From the NCBI RefSeq assembly GCF_009914755.1, contig NC_060941.1: a DNA stretch of 64,000 nt, one strand, 5' to 3'. The notes below the pieces were generated by a model, which saw nothing but the letters and a program-made list of their open reading frames with translations, had not been told where the DNA came from and did no database searches. The position numbers were made by a program, and so were the translations under genes. The stretch comes from the human T2T-CHM13v2.0 reference genome, Homo sapiens. Shown here piece by piece: positions 26,749-39,755 of the stretch (position 1 is its first letter; each line of letters opens with the position of its first letter).

Positions 26749-27489
26749 ACACAGTATTATAGTGATAGCAATAGATGACCTCATGCTAACAGCCATTCCA
26801 AGTGCTTTCCATGCAGTCAATTTTTTATCCTGCTATCAACTTTTCAAGGTGGGTATTATTATCATTACCACTGTATGGATGGAGAAGGGATGCACAGAGA
26901 CATTAAGAAACTTTCTTAATGTCACACAGCTAATCTAGTCTGACTCTAGAATCAGTCTTTTAACTACCATGCTGTGCTACCTCTCAAAGAAAAGGGTTTA
27001 TTCTGTCAACTTCATGCACAGGAAGAACAAGCAGTCAGTTGAGTGCTGAGATTAAAAACCCTCTAGGAAAGGAGATTTGCAATACACTAGAAGTGGCTTT
27101 GAAGTCCACTTCGTCAGAAAGCTTTGGTGTCCATCAAAATGTGGCCTGGAGAACTAGACTTGAAGCTGGTATCATTCACTCACACCTCTGGTGAAGAAAG
27201 GAATTAGTGATAGATTTTCTTGGGAGAAAGGAGAGGAAGGAAAATGAGGGTTCATCGTGTGATGGTAGGAGGAAGAAGTCGCCATCAAGTGAGAAAACAT
27301 CAGACATTTTGCAGGAGAGCCCGCTGGGACTAAAATGGATCACCAGGCTTTCGTTTTTCACCTCACAAACTCTACCCACACACCTTTGCTCTCTGCTGCT
27401 CCAGCTTCTAAATACCCTGCTTGATTGTCTGATCTGACATGACCTGTCCTTCCTCCCAATCCCTGTTTTGACACTTTTTATGACATTTA

Positions 27490-27720
27490 TGGTTTGGGTG
27501 GAGTCAGGGAGGTATGGATTCAAAGTCTGCCACTTGATATCTGAGGGACCCTGGGTGAGTTACCATCTTTAAGCTTCAATCCTCTTCAATAAAACAGGGG
27601 TAAGAAACATATAGTATACATCAAAATGCTGATGTAAGGATGAAAGGAAATAATACATTCGAGACGCTTAGCATAGTGTCTCAACACGTTAATCACCCAG
27701 TGAACAGTTGCTCTTCTGTT
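27490..27720 (+). mobile_element. MIR SINE
   Basis: ggagtcagggaggtatggattcaaagtctgccactt...cgcttagcatagtgtct. Confidence 0.7.
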
Positions 27721-27727
27721 GTTATTA

Positions 27728-27945
27728 GCCAGAACCTTCAATGTCCAATATGATAGCACCTGGTTAAATATGACTGTTTGAACTTAAACTTAGATTGATT
27801 AAAAGTAAGTAAAATCTAAAATCTAGTTCCTCATTTACAGGGCTCAATACCCACAGGTGCCTAGTGCCTACTGTACCGGACAGCACAGACAGAAAGCAAC
27901 TTGTTTAACTTTCCATCATCGCAGAGTGTAGTTGGCTAGAACTGG
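27728..27945. mobile_element. MER3-like hAT-Charlie MITE
   Basis: tgtccaatatgatagc...gctcaatacccacaggtgcctagtgcctactgtaccggacagcacag...ttccatcatcgcaga. Confidence 0.75.
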
Positions 27946-28096
27946 ACGAGAGGGAGGTATGGACCACATATTATTCAAACTATTCTCTAAAATATTGTTT
28001 CTCTCAGGCTAATTGGTAAAAATTGGACAGCTGTTAGTTCCCTGGGAAAGACATGGAGAGAAGGTGTTTTGATTTTCTAGATAAGTCAGACGTATA

Positions 28097-28443
28097 TAGT
28101 CATGCACTGTATAACAATGTTTTGGTCAATGACAGACTGCATATACGACAGTGGTCCCACAAGGCTGCAATGCCATATTTTTATTGTACCTTTTCTATGT
28201 TTAGATATGTTTTGATACACAAATACTTACCATTGTGCTACAGTTGCCTAGTGTATTCAGTACAGTAACATGCTGTATAGGTTTGTAGCCTAGAAACATA
28301 GGCTGTCCCATATAGCCTAGGTGCGTAGTGAGCTGTACCACCTAAGTTTGTGTCAGTAGACTCTATGATAATTACACAGTGATGAAATCGCCCAATGATA
28401 CATTTCTCAGAACGTATTTCTGTTGTTAAGCGATGTGTGGCTG
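28097..28443 (-). mobile_element. Tigger3a (MER7A)-like Tc1/mariner MITE, full length
   Basis: 347 bp from tagtcatgcactgtataac to gttaagcgatgtgtggctg, with terminal inverted repeats and TA at 28095-28096 and 28444-28445. Confidence 0.88.
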
Positions 28444-29606
28444 TATTTTAAAAACACAAAGTAAAAGGATAGTGAAATTTGAGAACACAGAAAAGGTTGA
28501 CCTTCCGAATTGCCTGCCACTCCCTGCCCACGTGGAAGGTGGACCGAGAGTCATCTCCAGGCAGTGTGTGGAACCTGCTTTGAAAATAGTCCTGAACCTG
28601 CTCCAACAACAGAAATACATAACATAGCAACTCCCAGTCTGCCCTGAATTGTTTCTCAATATTTGCTTTCTTCCTGGTTTTAAACAGTAACTGCTTCAGT
28701 CAGGAGAATCCTCTAGAAACAGAAGGAGGAACAAAAAGAACAGTTAAATGAAAACTTTGTTTTTGTCTGCCGTTGGCCTAGAGGCCAGGGACATGCTGTT
28801 ACTGACTCTTCAGCTTCTCTGCTCATTGCTCCTGCCAACCTTCCCTCTTGTGTGCTCTTTCGTGGGGTTGAGGAGTGAAGGGCAATTCCACAATGACTCT
28901 CTAGCCCTTTGAAGAAACTCCAGCAATGAACTAGAGCCACATTAATAGCCTCGTGTTTCTTCCTTGATGTTGTTCTTAAGTGCGCATAGCCAAAGTAAGA
29001 GATCTTGAGTGTAAGCATTGCCTTTGGATAGCTGGTAAACCTCTCTCTTTTCTCAGCTCCAAAGTCAGTCTTTTGTTCTGAGTAATGAGGAAATGCTGAA
29101 GGAAAGGATCCATGTCTGAAGGTCTAGAGTGCTTCAACTTGGGGTTAAGTGTGGAACTCTGAAGAAGTGGGTTGGTAATTGCATGAGGGAATTTCCAAGC
29201 ACTCTACATCTCTGACCACTATTGTTAGGTGAAAACATCAGGGGTAAAGAGAGGAAATCTGTGTGACTAAAAATTACACATAAACATGGTTCTTCACTTC
29301 TATAAATTTCTAACTTTAAATGCATAAGGAAGGCCAGGCAGTTTTCCACTGTGTATGTGTATATGTGTGGGTGGGTGGGGGGTTTGGTTGGGGGAGAGAT
29401 TTGCATACATGTGGATTTCCACATCCCAGATTTTCTTAAGTGCACTTTCAGTATAATAAATGGCAAGAGAACCCTAAGAGTGTACCCCAGGGCATGGCAG
29501 TTCACTATGGTTGATGCGGTGGATACCTAATGTTTACTCCTAGAAGAAGAAATAATTGGAATAAGGAAATGAAAGCCCTGGTTAAGACCAACACATTTCC
29601 CTTTTC

Positions 29607-29637
<31 letters not shown>

Positions 29638-31611
29638 GGCTTTGGCTTCATGTTTATCACAAGAACGGGAATCTGTTTCCTCTGAAAGAAAATTCATTTC
29701 ACCCACAAAACCCATATTTTCCCGCCTGCCTTCTATTCAGACAAGCCCCACAAGATAAATGTGTTCTCCAATTCACCAGCGGTAAGGAAGATAAAGGCTT
29801 GGAAACTCCAGAAGTACATTCTCCTAATTATTGTAACTGGCATTTTTTTTTATGTGGCAAACCATCTATTCAGATTAAACTACAGCCCAGGAGCCTTTTA
29901 TGTGAAGATTGCCAGTGTGGGGTGGAAAGGTAGCTCAATTGTGTGATTTCCTCAGCTTTAATAGCCCAAAGAGAAGCATTGAAAGAGATCCAAGTATTTG
30001 TGTGCAAGTGATTTTTGTTAGGAAAGATCTAAAAATACCCACAGCAGCCTGTCTCCATGTTCTCTCCCTTTGAAGTCAGCTTGAGACCTTTCCCTATTTG
30101 AACACCCAGAAATATGTGTCAGAAGTCACCTGTTATTACCCTTATGTCCTGGTTTCCCCTAAGATCTAAATAAACAAATGAGTCCAGCAAATGTGTCGGG
30201 GAGCTCCAGCTCTGCTTCACATTAGGAATATATTTACCCATTTAATAACTGTTATTTATCCAGACATTTAATTGCACCATTGTAAACACACAGGGAAACC
30301 TTTGGGGGAAGGAAGCTCAGTTGCTGAGATGAGACAGATATTTAAAACTCTGCTCCTGTAGCTGAGCCTTCTCTCAGAGTCAGTCTTTGGGACTGGGATT
30401 GGTGTGAGTTGTTTTTATGTGGTGGGGACTCACCAAGAAGCCTCCACCCACTGGGCATGCTGCTTTTCAGAAAGTACCCAGTATATCGATGATGAAGGAA
30501 TGAGTGAATGAGTGCAGGAAAAAAGAACCAGAGGTTAAAGCAAAAGTCTCCGCCCATTACCAAGAGCTTTGCTGGTGCTGGGTGCTGGGTGGAGCCCAAG
30601 CTTTTAGTGTGCCCATCATTCTATGGCCACAATGACTCTGCACCTTTGAACGATGCCTTTCATAGCAGCAGATACCCTAAAGAGGGAGAGCTCTGGGCAT
30701 CACAGAAGCATTCTTGAATCTCTGAGTACATTCTCAGCTTTGTTCCTCATTCTTCGATCTGTTCCTCCTTTATCAGTCTCCTGGATTTGGGATCTTCTGT
30801 TTTTAGGTGTATATTAATCCTTTAGACCTGACAACAGATTAAATAACATTCACTTAGCTCTCCATACTTCCTCTCAGAAATAATTTTGCATTTGTTTTTG
30901 ATCTCTCTTTTTTTTTTTAATTAACTCAGGTCATAAATGCATCTGATTAGGCTCTGTATCCTGGGATCCAACTATGAGTTGATTCACTTGGTCCAAGCCA
31001 GCCTGGTATCCTTAAAACTCCCTGCTCATCCCTAGCTAAGGTTCCAGACGCCCCATAAAAAGCAGTTGCCATTATGTTCCAGAACTTCTGGAATGATCTA
31101 GAAGCAACACCCCTCGACCTTTTCTTTCTTTCTGATCCCTCTTGCTGTGGTCTGATGCTTCTGAATTCTTCCAAGGGTCATCTTATTTTTGAATTCTTCC
31201 TCTTCGTCTAACTCTTTCAGATTGATGTTACAGTTGGCCTGTGTTTCTGGACTGTGATTTTGACTTTGCCCAGGAACCTCTGCAGATGGTAGGTGAGTTC
31301 TGCCATGCCTGTTGATTGACCCAGGTTCTCAGAATCTTACTCTTGGAAAATATCCCAGGTGAAACCCAAAGAAGGGGGAGTTTGGTCAATGGTTTCATGT
31401 TTCACCCTTTTGAGAGTAATAGGACAGCCTAATTTTCTTAGCAAAGGATCTCACCTGCCACTCCTGACACCAGCCAGTCTCCAAGAGCCTCACTTCTTCC
31501 TCATAGGGAAATCTTTCTTTGAGATCCCAGAAAATGTGAGGAGTCTTAGAATCCAATGAGTGTCAAAGTTGCTGACTGATAGATGGACTGACTGACTGGT
31601 ATTCCTCTTCC

Positions 31612-31910
31612 AGTGGTCTCCCAGCTCTTATATGGTGAGTAAAAGACTTAGCATCACTGAATCATGGAATATTAAATATACTCTGCCACCAAATATGTTG
31701 GAGAATCCTGTTTCTGACGTTTCCCTTTCAGAAGGTCACGATGGACATTAGCATATAAAAATCCTCATAAGGTCTGTAGTGATGAAACCTGCCTTACTTT
31801 CCTCACCCAGGGCTTCCATGCTTATTTGCCCACCAAAGCCATTTTTCAGAATGTTACACACACAACATCCCTTGGAGCTAATATTACATGGAACACGCTT
31901 TGCAAAAATA
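31612..31910. mobile_element. Old hAT-Charlie MITE (MER103-like)
   Basis: cagtggtctcccagct...cttatttgcccacc...catggaacacgctttgcaaaa. Confidence 0.45.
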
Positions 31911-32159
31911 TTGATCTTGCTTAAAGCCCCTGCTCCATCTTGCACATCCATATACACACACTTGCACACATATTATAGTTCAAGAGAACAGGCATTATTC
32001 TCTATTTAAACACTCTTCTTCACAGAGCCGCAGTCCTCCCACAAATGCACAGCCCTTCTCACTCACTCATTCCCATGGGGGCCACCCGCAGGGGCTCCCA
32101 TGTCCCAGCGAAACACCGGAAAGCACCCACATTCATACTCAAGAATTTATCACACAAAC

Positions 32160-32494
32160 CAGGGATAAGTGAATTTTTTCTGTAAATAATTAAGCGGCAA
32201 TGATTTCAGGCTCTGCCACCATGCAGTCTATGTTGCAAATACTCAACTCTGCCTTTGTGGAACAAAAACAGACACAGACAGTACCCAAACCAATAAATGT
32301 GGCTCTGTTCCAAGAAAAGTTTATGAATACTTAAATTTGAATTTTGTATAATTTTCACATTGCCACAAAATATCATTCTTCTTTTGATTGGTTTTCAACC
32401 ATTTAAGAATGTAAAGGACATTATTAACTAACAAGCCATGCAAAGATAAGCAGCAGGCTGGCTTGGCCTGTGGGCCATAGTTTGCTTACTTGTG
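32160..32494 (+). mobile_element. MER58B-like hAT-Charlie MITE
   Basis: ttttttctgtaaa...tactcaactctgcc...tgtggctctgttccaagaaaagtttat...ttggcctgtgggccatagtttgc. Confidence 0.85.
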
Positions 32495-33780
32495 CTTTTT
32501 GCCATCAGTAGGTTCCTGAAAACAGCATGAGCTTCTGTCCGTAGAATCCTATTGTAACATGTTAAGGAGCCTGCTTCTTTAAAGGATATTGCAACGAATT
32601 ATTTAGCAATGCAAATCTCTTAATTCCTAAACCAGGTGTCAAGCACGGGCCTTCTGAATATTTATTGCTCTCCTCTGCCATCTTTAGAGCACTTTTGCAC
32701 TGAAGGCAGGGTTTTCTGGTTTCCCTGGGTCCTGAATGGGGTCTCACACCAAAAGAGCTTCCTCTTTTGCCAACACTAGCCCCCACCAAGCTGTCTGGCT
32801 GTCAGGGACTTGGCACCTGACCTGGTCTCAGTTGGAAGCTTTCAGTCCACAGTTCTGTGCAAGAAGTTGTGTGTTTTAACAACAGTGATAGCATCTGCAG
32901 AACAACCAAGATGTCAGTGTCATGTTTGCATGCTGTCACCACCATGATAAACATTGCATCCCAAATCCAAGAACTGATTTGATTTACTGACAAGGCAGCC
33001 CTCTCCACCTGAAAGACAAAGCTGGCTGCCTTGCCCACACATCTGCTTTGTCATTAGCTCGGAGGCAGAAGGGAACCACAGCCAGCCAAGGCAGTCACAG
33101 ACAGCATCTTCCCCTACACTCCAGGAAAATGCAGAAATGCTCAATCAGCCAGTCATCTCCCCTACAGGACACCAGGCACCCCACTTGAGAGGTACTTCCC
33201 ACTGATGTGACTAAATCAGTGGTCGTTTGGGTAAGGAGCAAACACTGGTTTGGTGTGCTCTTCAAGGAGGTTCTGGGTACTGAGCAGGTGATAGGATTTA
33301 GAAGTGTATTCTGTATGGCTATAGGTAGTGGCTTCTGGTCACTGAATCTCTCATTAATAATTCACTCTGCTATTTGACAATATTTGTTGGGTACCTGTCT
33401 TATGGCAGGCCCCATGCTGGGTGCTGCTAATGCAGAGGTGGGTAAACACCACAATTGCCACTCTCTTGGAGCTCAGCAAGAAAGGCAAAGACATAATCAA
33501 TCAATTACAACACAAAACACCTGGAGAAAGTGCAGGCCTACCAGAGGGAGTAATTCAGGGTTCAGTCTCTCTCTCTCTCTTTCTTTCCCTCTTTACTCTC
33601 TTTCTTCTCTTGTCTCTCCCCTTTTCCTAAACTACCAAAAATTACTTCTAACTAGGTTCCCCACTTCTAATCTTGGGCCCCTCCTCATCCTCTTCACACA
33701 TATCCAATCACTGAAACAACCCTATACTTTTAAACCTGCAAATCCAATCATGTAACTCCCTCACTCAAACTCCTTCCATG

Positions 33781-34637
33781 GGTGGAATTAATTTGCATTT
33801 GTCTGATGACATATGATGTGGAGCATATTTTTATATGCTTATTTTCCATCTGTACATTTTCTCTGGTGAGATATTTGTTAAAGTCTTTGGCCCTTTTAAA
33901 AATATGTTGTTTTATTATTGACTTTAAGAGTTATTTGTATATTTTGGATAACAGTCCTTTATCAGACACATCTTTTGCAAATATTTTTCTCCCAGTATGT
34001 GGCTTCTCATTTTATTCTGTTGATGGTGTCTTTCACAGAGCAGAAATTTTTAATTCAAATGAAGTTCAGTTATCAACTTTTTCTTTCATTGATTGTGCCT
34101 TTGGTGTTACATATAAAAAGTCATTGCCAAGTCCTAGGCCATCTATATTTTCCTTCTAGGAGTTTATAATTCTGTGCTTTACTTTTAGGCGCGTGATCCA
34201 TTTTGAGTTAAATGGATCTGAGTTTGTGAACAGTGTGAGGTCTGTGTCTACATTCTTTTTTTGCATGCGAATGCTGTCCCAGCACCATTTTTTGAAAAGA
34301 TGGTCTTTTCTCCATTATATTACTGTTGCTCCTTTGTCCAAGATCAGTTAAGTATATTTACGTGAGTCCCTTCCTGGACTCTCTATTCTTTCCATTGATC
34401 CATTTGTCTATTCTTTTGCCAATACCACATGTGTCTTAATCACTGTAGCTTCATAGTAAGCCTTGAAGTTGGGTAGTGTCAGTCTTCCAACATTGTTCTT
34501 CTCCCTCAATATTGTGTTGGCTGTTCTGGGTCTGTTGCATCTCCAGATAGACTTTAGAGTCAGTTTGCCAATATCCACAGAATAACTTAATGGGATTTTG
34601 ATTGGAATTGCACTGAATCTATGGATCAAGTTGGGAG
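33781..34637 (-). mobile_element. L1M fragment (ORF2 antisense) inserted in L2
   Basis: The minus-strand ORF reads LIHRFSAIPIKIP...LTLPNFKAYYEATVIKT (L1 ORF2); the flanks ctcaaactccttccatgg and atgcccatc are L2-like. Confidence 0.92.
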
Positions 34638-35793
34638 ATGCCCATCTCTTCATCAATTCCTACTTTCTGTGTGGTGATGATCACATCATTAACCTCTCTG
34701 AGTCTCTGTTTTCTCATCTGTAGAATGTAGATGATAATACTTGATACCCTCTACTAAGGCATCTCCCTCAAAGTGAGGAGCATTAAAGAGATGACATACA
34801 GATGGAGGTTTACACAAGCTTGCTTGGTACATGACAAATAGTCAGTATTAGGGCCACTTTCCCTGACCCCTATTCTATCTTCTCCTGTTTTCCCTGCTTT
34901 ATGATGTCCCCATCTGGAAATCCAGGACTGCTCAGATTGTGAATCAGTATTTTAAAAAATAATTTTAATTTTTCAGAATTATTCATTCATGACTTTCTGA
35001 GTCATTCTTGCCTGGCACCTCAGTCATCCTCTTCCACTCTGTCCAGTGAGGTGAAAAGTTACGTTCTCTGCTACTCTGGGATCAGTGGGTTCATGGCAGC
35101 CAAGGTCTTGAACTTCTCTTTTAATTAGACTTGGGACTGAGAGCCTCTCAGAGTGACCTCTGGATCCACATCGCAGCCTCAGTGGCACTGTCCTCTGTGC
35201 ACTGGCTTTGTCTGACTCATTGATCTGCCTCTAGGCCCAGTGTTGACTATTGAAGGTCACTGGGGCCTTCATCTCAACTGGCGTTCCAGCCCTACTTCAT
35301 GTCTGAACCCCAGTGGAGTGTGTGTGTTTAGAGCTGGGTTAACTGAGAGACAAAAGAGGTAGTGGTTGCTTCAGGACCTGCCTGGACTGGGAAATCTCCC
35401 ACAGTGTGGATTCATAGGCATTTCATGCACACACCTCTGAGTGCCAATACCTGAAACTTGCCCTGAGATTGGATGATTGATTGTGCCTTTCTTAGAATCA
35501 GCTTTTGATAAAGGGAAAGAAGGGTAAGAAGACATGGATATGAAAATGGAATGAGCACAAGGTTTCTCTTCTTCCTTTTCTTGTGTGTAAACTGATACAC
35601 GTATCCTTAGTGCACATGGAACTCGTGAGTTGATGAGAGTGCATGGTGTACCCAAATACTGAGGACTGACATCCCTCAGAGGTCTATGTTGGGAACCCAG
35701 CCCGAAAACTTATAAATGGTGTGTTTATCTTGAGGAAGAAATGGCAGCTGCCACAACACAGCCAGGAATGTGGTCTTAGAATTTTATTTAGTG

Positions 35794-35910
35794 CATGAAT
35801 GCTAACAAGTTGCTATATGTGCTGTCTCTCTCCATCCTGCAAAGTTGAAGGCATCACTAATAGATCACAGCACATATTCCTGCTGAACCTGAACTAGGTC
35901 TTGGAATTCT
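35794..35910 (+). repeat. Dispersed direct repeat A, copy 1 (pairs with 37534-37650)
   Basis: Ungapped match of 94/117, with a 46/49 core. Confidence 0.9.
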
Positions 35911-36332
35911 TTTCAATAAAGCAAGGACTATTCTCATATCCACCTGGAAACTGAGCTATCTCCACCTGCTTGAATTCCCACCATTTTGAATTCCCACCTG
36001 CTGATCTCATACTTTCAGGGCCCTGAGTAAGAAGAAACTTTAGATTTAACTTCCTTGAACCTAGACATTAATCTGCTGCTTTTTAATTCTTACAGGTAAA
36101 CTAAATATATGCATTTGAAAAAAAATCACTTGTACAATCCAGGTTGTGAAATATTGTTTAAACTCATTCATAGGTTAGTAGGAGGCAGTTTATGGGGCAA
36201 AGAGTTGAGAAAGCTCTTGGCCATGGGTCAAACAGTATTAGGGTATTTCTGGCAGGGAAATGTCTTAACGTTTTAGGGAATTAGGAAGAGGCTGTTGTGG
36301 GAAGGGCAAGAGCAATTGTATCAGTCTATTCT

Positions 36333-36518
36333 ATTGGTTTCCAAACTTTGCTGCACATTAGAATCATTTGGGGATCTTTTAAAACTCTGATGCTCAGGTC
36401 ATACCCAACACTAATTATGTCAGAATGTGTGGGGGTGGGCATCAGGAGGCATCAGTAATTCTTGTTCTTAAAGAACCCAGGTAATGATTCCCATACAGAG
36501 CCAAGTGCAGGAACACTG
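36333..36518. mobile_element. MER5A-like MITE
   Basis: ggtttccaaactttgctgcacattagaatcatttgggga...cagagccaagtgcaggaacactg. Confidence 0.8.
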
Positions 36519-36882
36519 GTCTGGATGCAATGCTGCTTTATATCTGCCCATCTCCCTTCTCTCCAAAGGTGTCTTCAGAATTCATTTGATTCTCACAATA
36601 GCTCCATGAGGCCATCTGAGCAGGTGTCACTGCCCCATGGGACAAATAGGGGAACTCAGCCACAGAGAAGTGAAATGGTTTGTCTAAGTTCAAATTATGT
36701 GAGTTAGTGGTGAGTCCTGGGATCTTTTCATGTCAGGAGATGCCGCTACATTGTTATTTATAGAAAAAAGGAAAGATGAATGTTTTTATGTAAAAAAGAT
36801 TATCAGGGTATGCACTAAAGGATTAGCATGTGGCACCCTTAATAGGTCCCATTCTGGAAGGATATTTTCCAAAACGAACTAT

Positions 36883-36934
36883 GCACACACACATACACAC
36901 ACACACACACACACACGTGCATTCACACACACAC
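36883..36934. repeat. (CA)n microsatellite, interrupted
   Basis: cacacacacatacacacacacacacacacacacgtgcattcacacacacac. Confidence 0.9.
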
Positions 36935-37533
36935 TCCAGTATAACAACTAATGATAGAAAAAAGGGAAACAAAAATCAGTGACTCTCCTATCCTGGCCTC
37001 AGAACAGCCGGGGAAGCAGAAATCCCTTTGCAGGGTGGCTTCCATGGCAGAAGGTATGTAAACGGCATGGGCCTTTATGAAAGGGGAGAGATTCACAGGA
37101 CACTATTTTTCAGGCTGAATCACAAGGTTCAGTAGCTCACATAATGAGATTATTTCAACCTGCAGGTCAATTGGAAAAGCAATTACAGATCATTAAAGCA
37201 CATTGCCCAGCTCTTCAGCCCTGCCTGCTCCAGCCCTCCTTCTCTGTGTCTATCACTTCTGGCCCTGCTCTTCATTTCACATTTGGAGCCAGAGAGGAGA
37301 AACAGGGGACTTGATCCAGGCAGACTGCAAAGGCTCCCACGGGAGAAGATCAGACAAAAATTCCCTTCTTGCTCAGTGATCGTTTGAACAAACAACTCGT
37401 CTTAGAGAGGAAAGGATTCACGCTCATATCCCTCCATGTGCTGGACACCATGTGAAACATTTTGGGTTTTTTTGCAGGCATTGTTTCATTTAATCTCCCT
37501 TAGCTAATATTAAGCCCCTATTAGTCACCAGCC

Positions 37534-37650
37534 CATGAATGCCGAGGACTTGCTACTCGTGATGTTTCTTCCCAGTCTGCACATTTGCAGTCATCCCTAA
37601 GAGATCACAGCACACATTCCTGCTGAGCCTGAATTAGGTCTTGGAATTCT
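37534..37650 (+). repeat. Dispersed direct repeat A, copy 2
   Basis: Offset of exactly 1740 bp from copy 1. Confidence 0.9.
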
Positions 37651-39438
37651 CAACCAACCAGGGAGGGTCTGCTCTTACATTGGCTTTAGAACCTGAGACA
37701 TAGTCTACTGAACTCACTCTCAGGGGTTTTTCCATTTTGTTAATGAAGTAGCTGAGGCTGGCAGAGGGGCAGCAACTTGCCTAAGGTTTCCCTGCTGGGA
37801 AGTGGTACAGCTGGAACTCAAACCCAGACCACAACTCCAAAGTTAATCACAGTACTGGCATTCCTATCGGTCATGTTTGCTCTGACCTCCATGCTCCTGC
37901 ACATGCAGAACTTCTCCCAGCTTGGCTAATTCATATTCATTCTTCAAGACCTAGTTTAAGGGTCACTTGCTATATTTGTGAAGCTGCTATTACTACCTCT
38001 CCCTGGCCCTCTGAATATTAGATGTCCCTTTTTCTCTCCCTGTTCCTGCACCACCGTGGGCACACTTTCATTATCAGATAAAAACCCCTTTATTGTAAAG
38101 TTTAGTTTCTTATCCATGCTAATTGTGGATATTGTGAAATATTAACAGATGGGTTTTCTCCAAGTATCTAGTGCTTCTTCTGCCTCTCCCCTACCCACAG
38201 AGGGATCAGCAGGGTGACGGCATCCTTTGCCAATTGCTCTTGAGGAAGGGCTGCTATGTCAGCAATGCCATTTAATTGAGTCAATGGTCAGCTTTTAAAT
38301 TTCATCACACTGTTCAAATCAACAAGACAACGGCTTTGAAGGAAAAGGCTCTTAGCATGTCAAGAGCACAAGTCTAGGTCTAAACAGATTAAGAAGCTTT
38401 ATCATTGTCATTTTTCCCCTGCCTGTCCATGAGTTGGGGGAGGAGAGATTGGAGAGGAGAGCAAGACAATAAGATGCTGGTGAGCACTCAGGGGAGGCCA
38501 GAGGGAAATTGTGCTTGCTTCCAGGGTGGGGAGGATTACTCAAGAATGAGAGTAAGATGCTCTGGCTCGCCCATATTGCTCCAGCCCAGGGCAGGAGTAG
38601 AATGTAGGAATGATGGATCCTGGGCAGAGAGGACCTGACCCAGCTCCTTTAAGACTTCTGGGGCTCTAGAGAGGCTGAGGCGAGCATCAGAAATTTTATG
38701 TGAACCCAAGAGGGATGTGGAAATGACTGAGAAAGAGCTCATATGAGATTATAATGTAGATGGTGAAATTGAATCAGATCTACCCACATTAGACCTAGGA
38801 CAGATTCCATTTCCTTAGGACAAACAGGATCCTACCTGGACCCTCCCAAAGCCACTGTGCTCCTCCTTCAGACTGAACCTCTCACTGGGTGTGGGTCTTC
38901 TTGGCAGGACTGGTGGGACTTCCCAGCACTTGTCTTACCCCAGGGCTCTGGCCTCCAGAACTCAGAAGGTGGGAGGGGGCTTCTTATGTTCCCTGTCCAT
39001 TTTTTGGCTCAGGGTGAGCTGCTGATATCCTCATCTGGTGCCAGGGCCAGTTCCATCCTTAATGGGCAATCTCAGGGGACCTGGCAGCTTGATGTGGGAC
39101 AGAGAGCATCATCCATGAGGTTCTACCATGGAAAGCCTTTATAGGATAGTGACCGCAGAATGGTCCTTTAAAGGCCTGTAGAAATTAGATTGGTAAACAA
39201 GTTGGGGAGGAGCACGGAGGACCCAGAGGTAGAGAGCAAAGAGCCCAGACTAGGGATATTAGTGACATCCACCAGGCTGGAAGGAACAAGTCTGCCTAAG
39301 CCACTCAGCCGCAAACTCAGTCTTAGAAAAGGACAGGGTGACATCAGATGGTCCTCAACCGCACTCAAGGTTGAAAAAACAAAAAACAAAAAACAAACAA
39401 ACAAACAAACAAACCCAGCCCCAGAGTGCCAGCATTAA

Positions 39439-39755
<317 letters not shown>

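Noticed and set aside
36075-36101. Recursive splice site (tttttaattcttacAG|GTAAAC)
   Set aside because: The regenerated donor is weak and there is no evidence of a plus-strand host intron.
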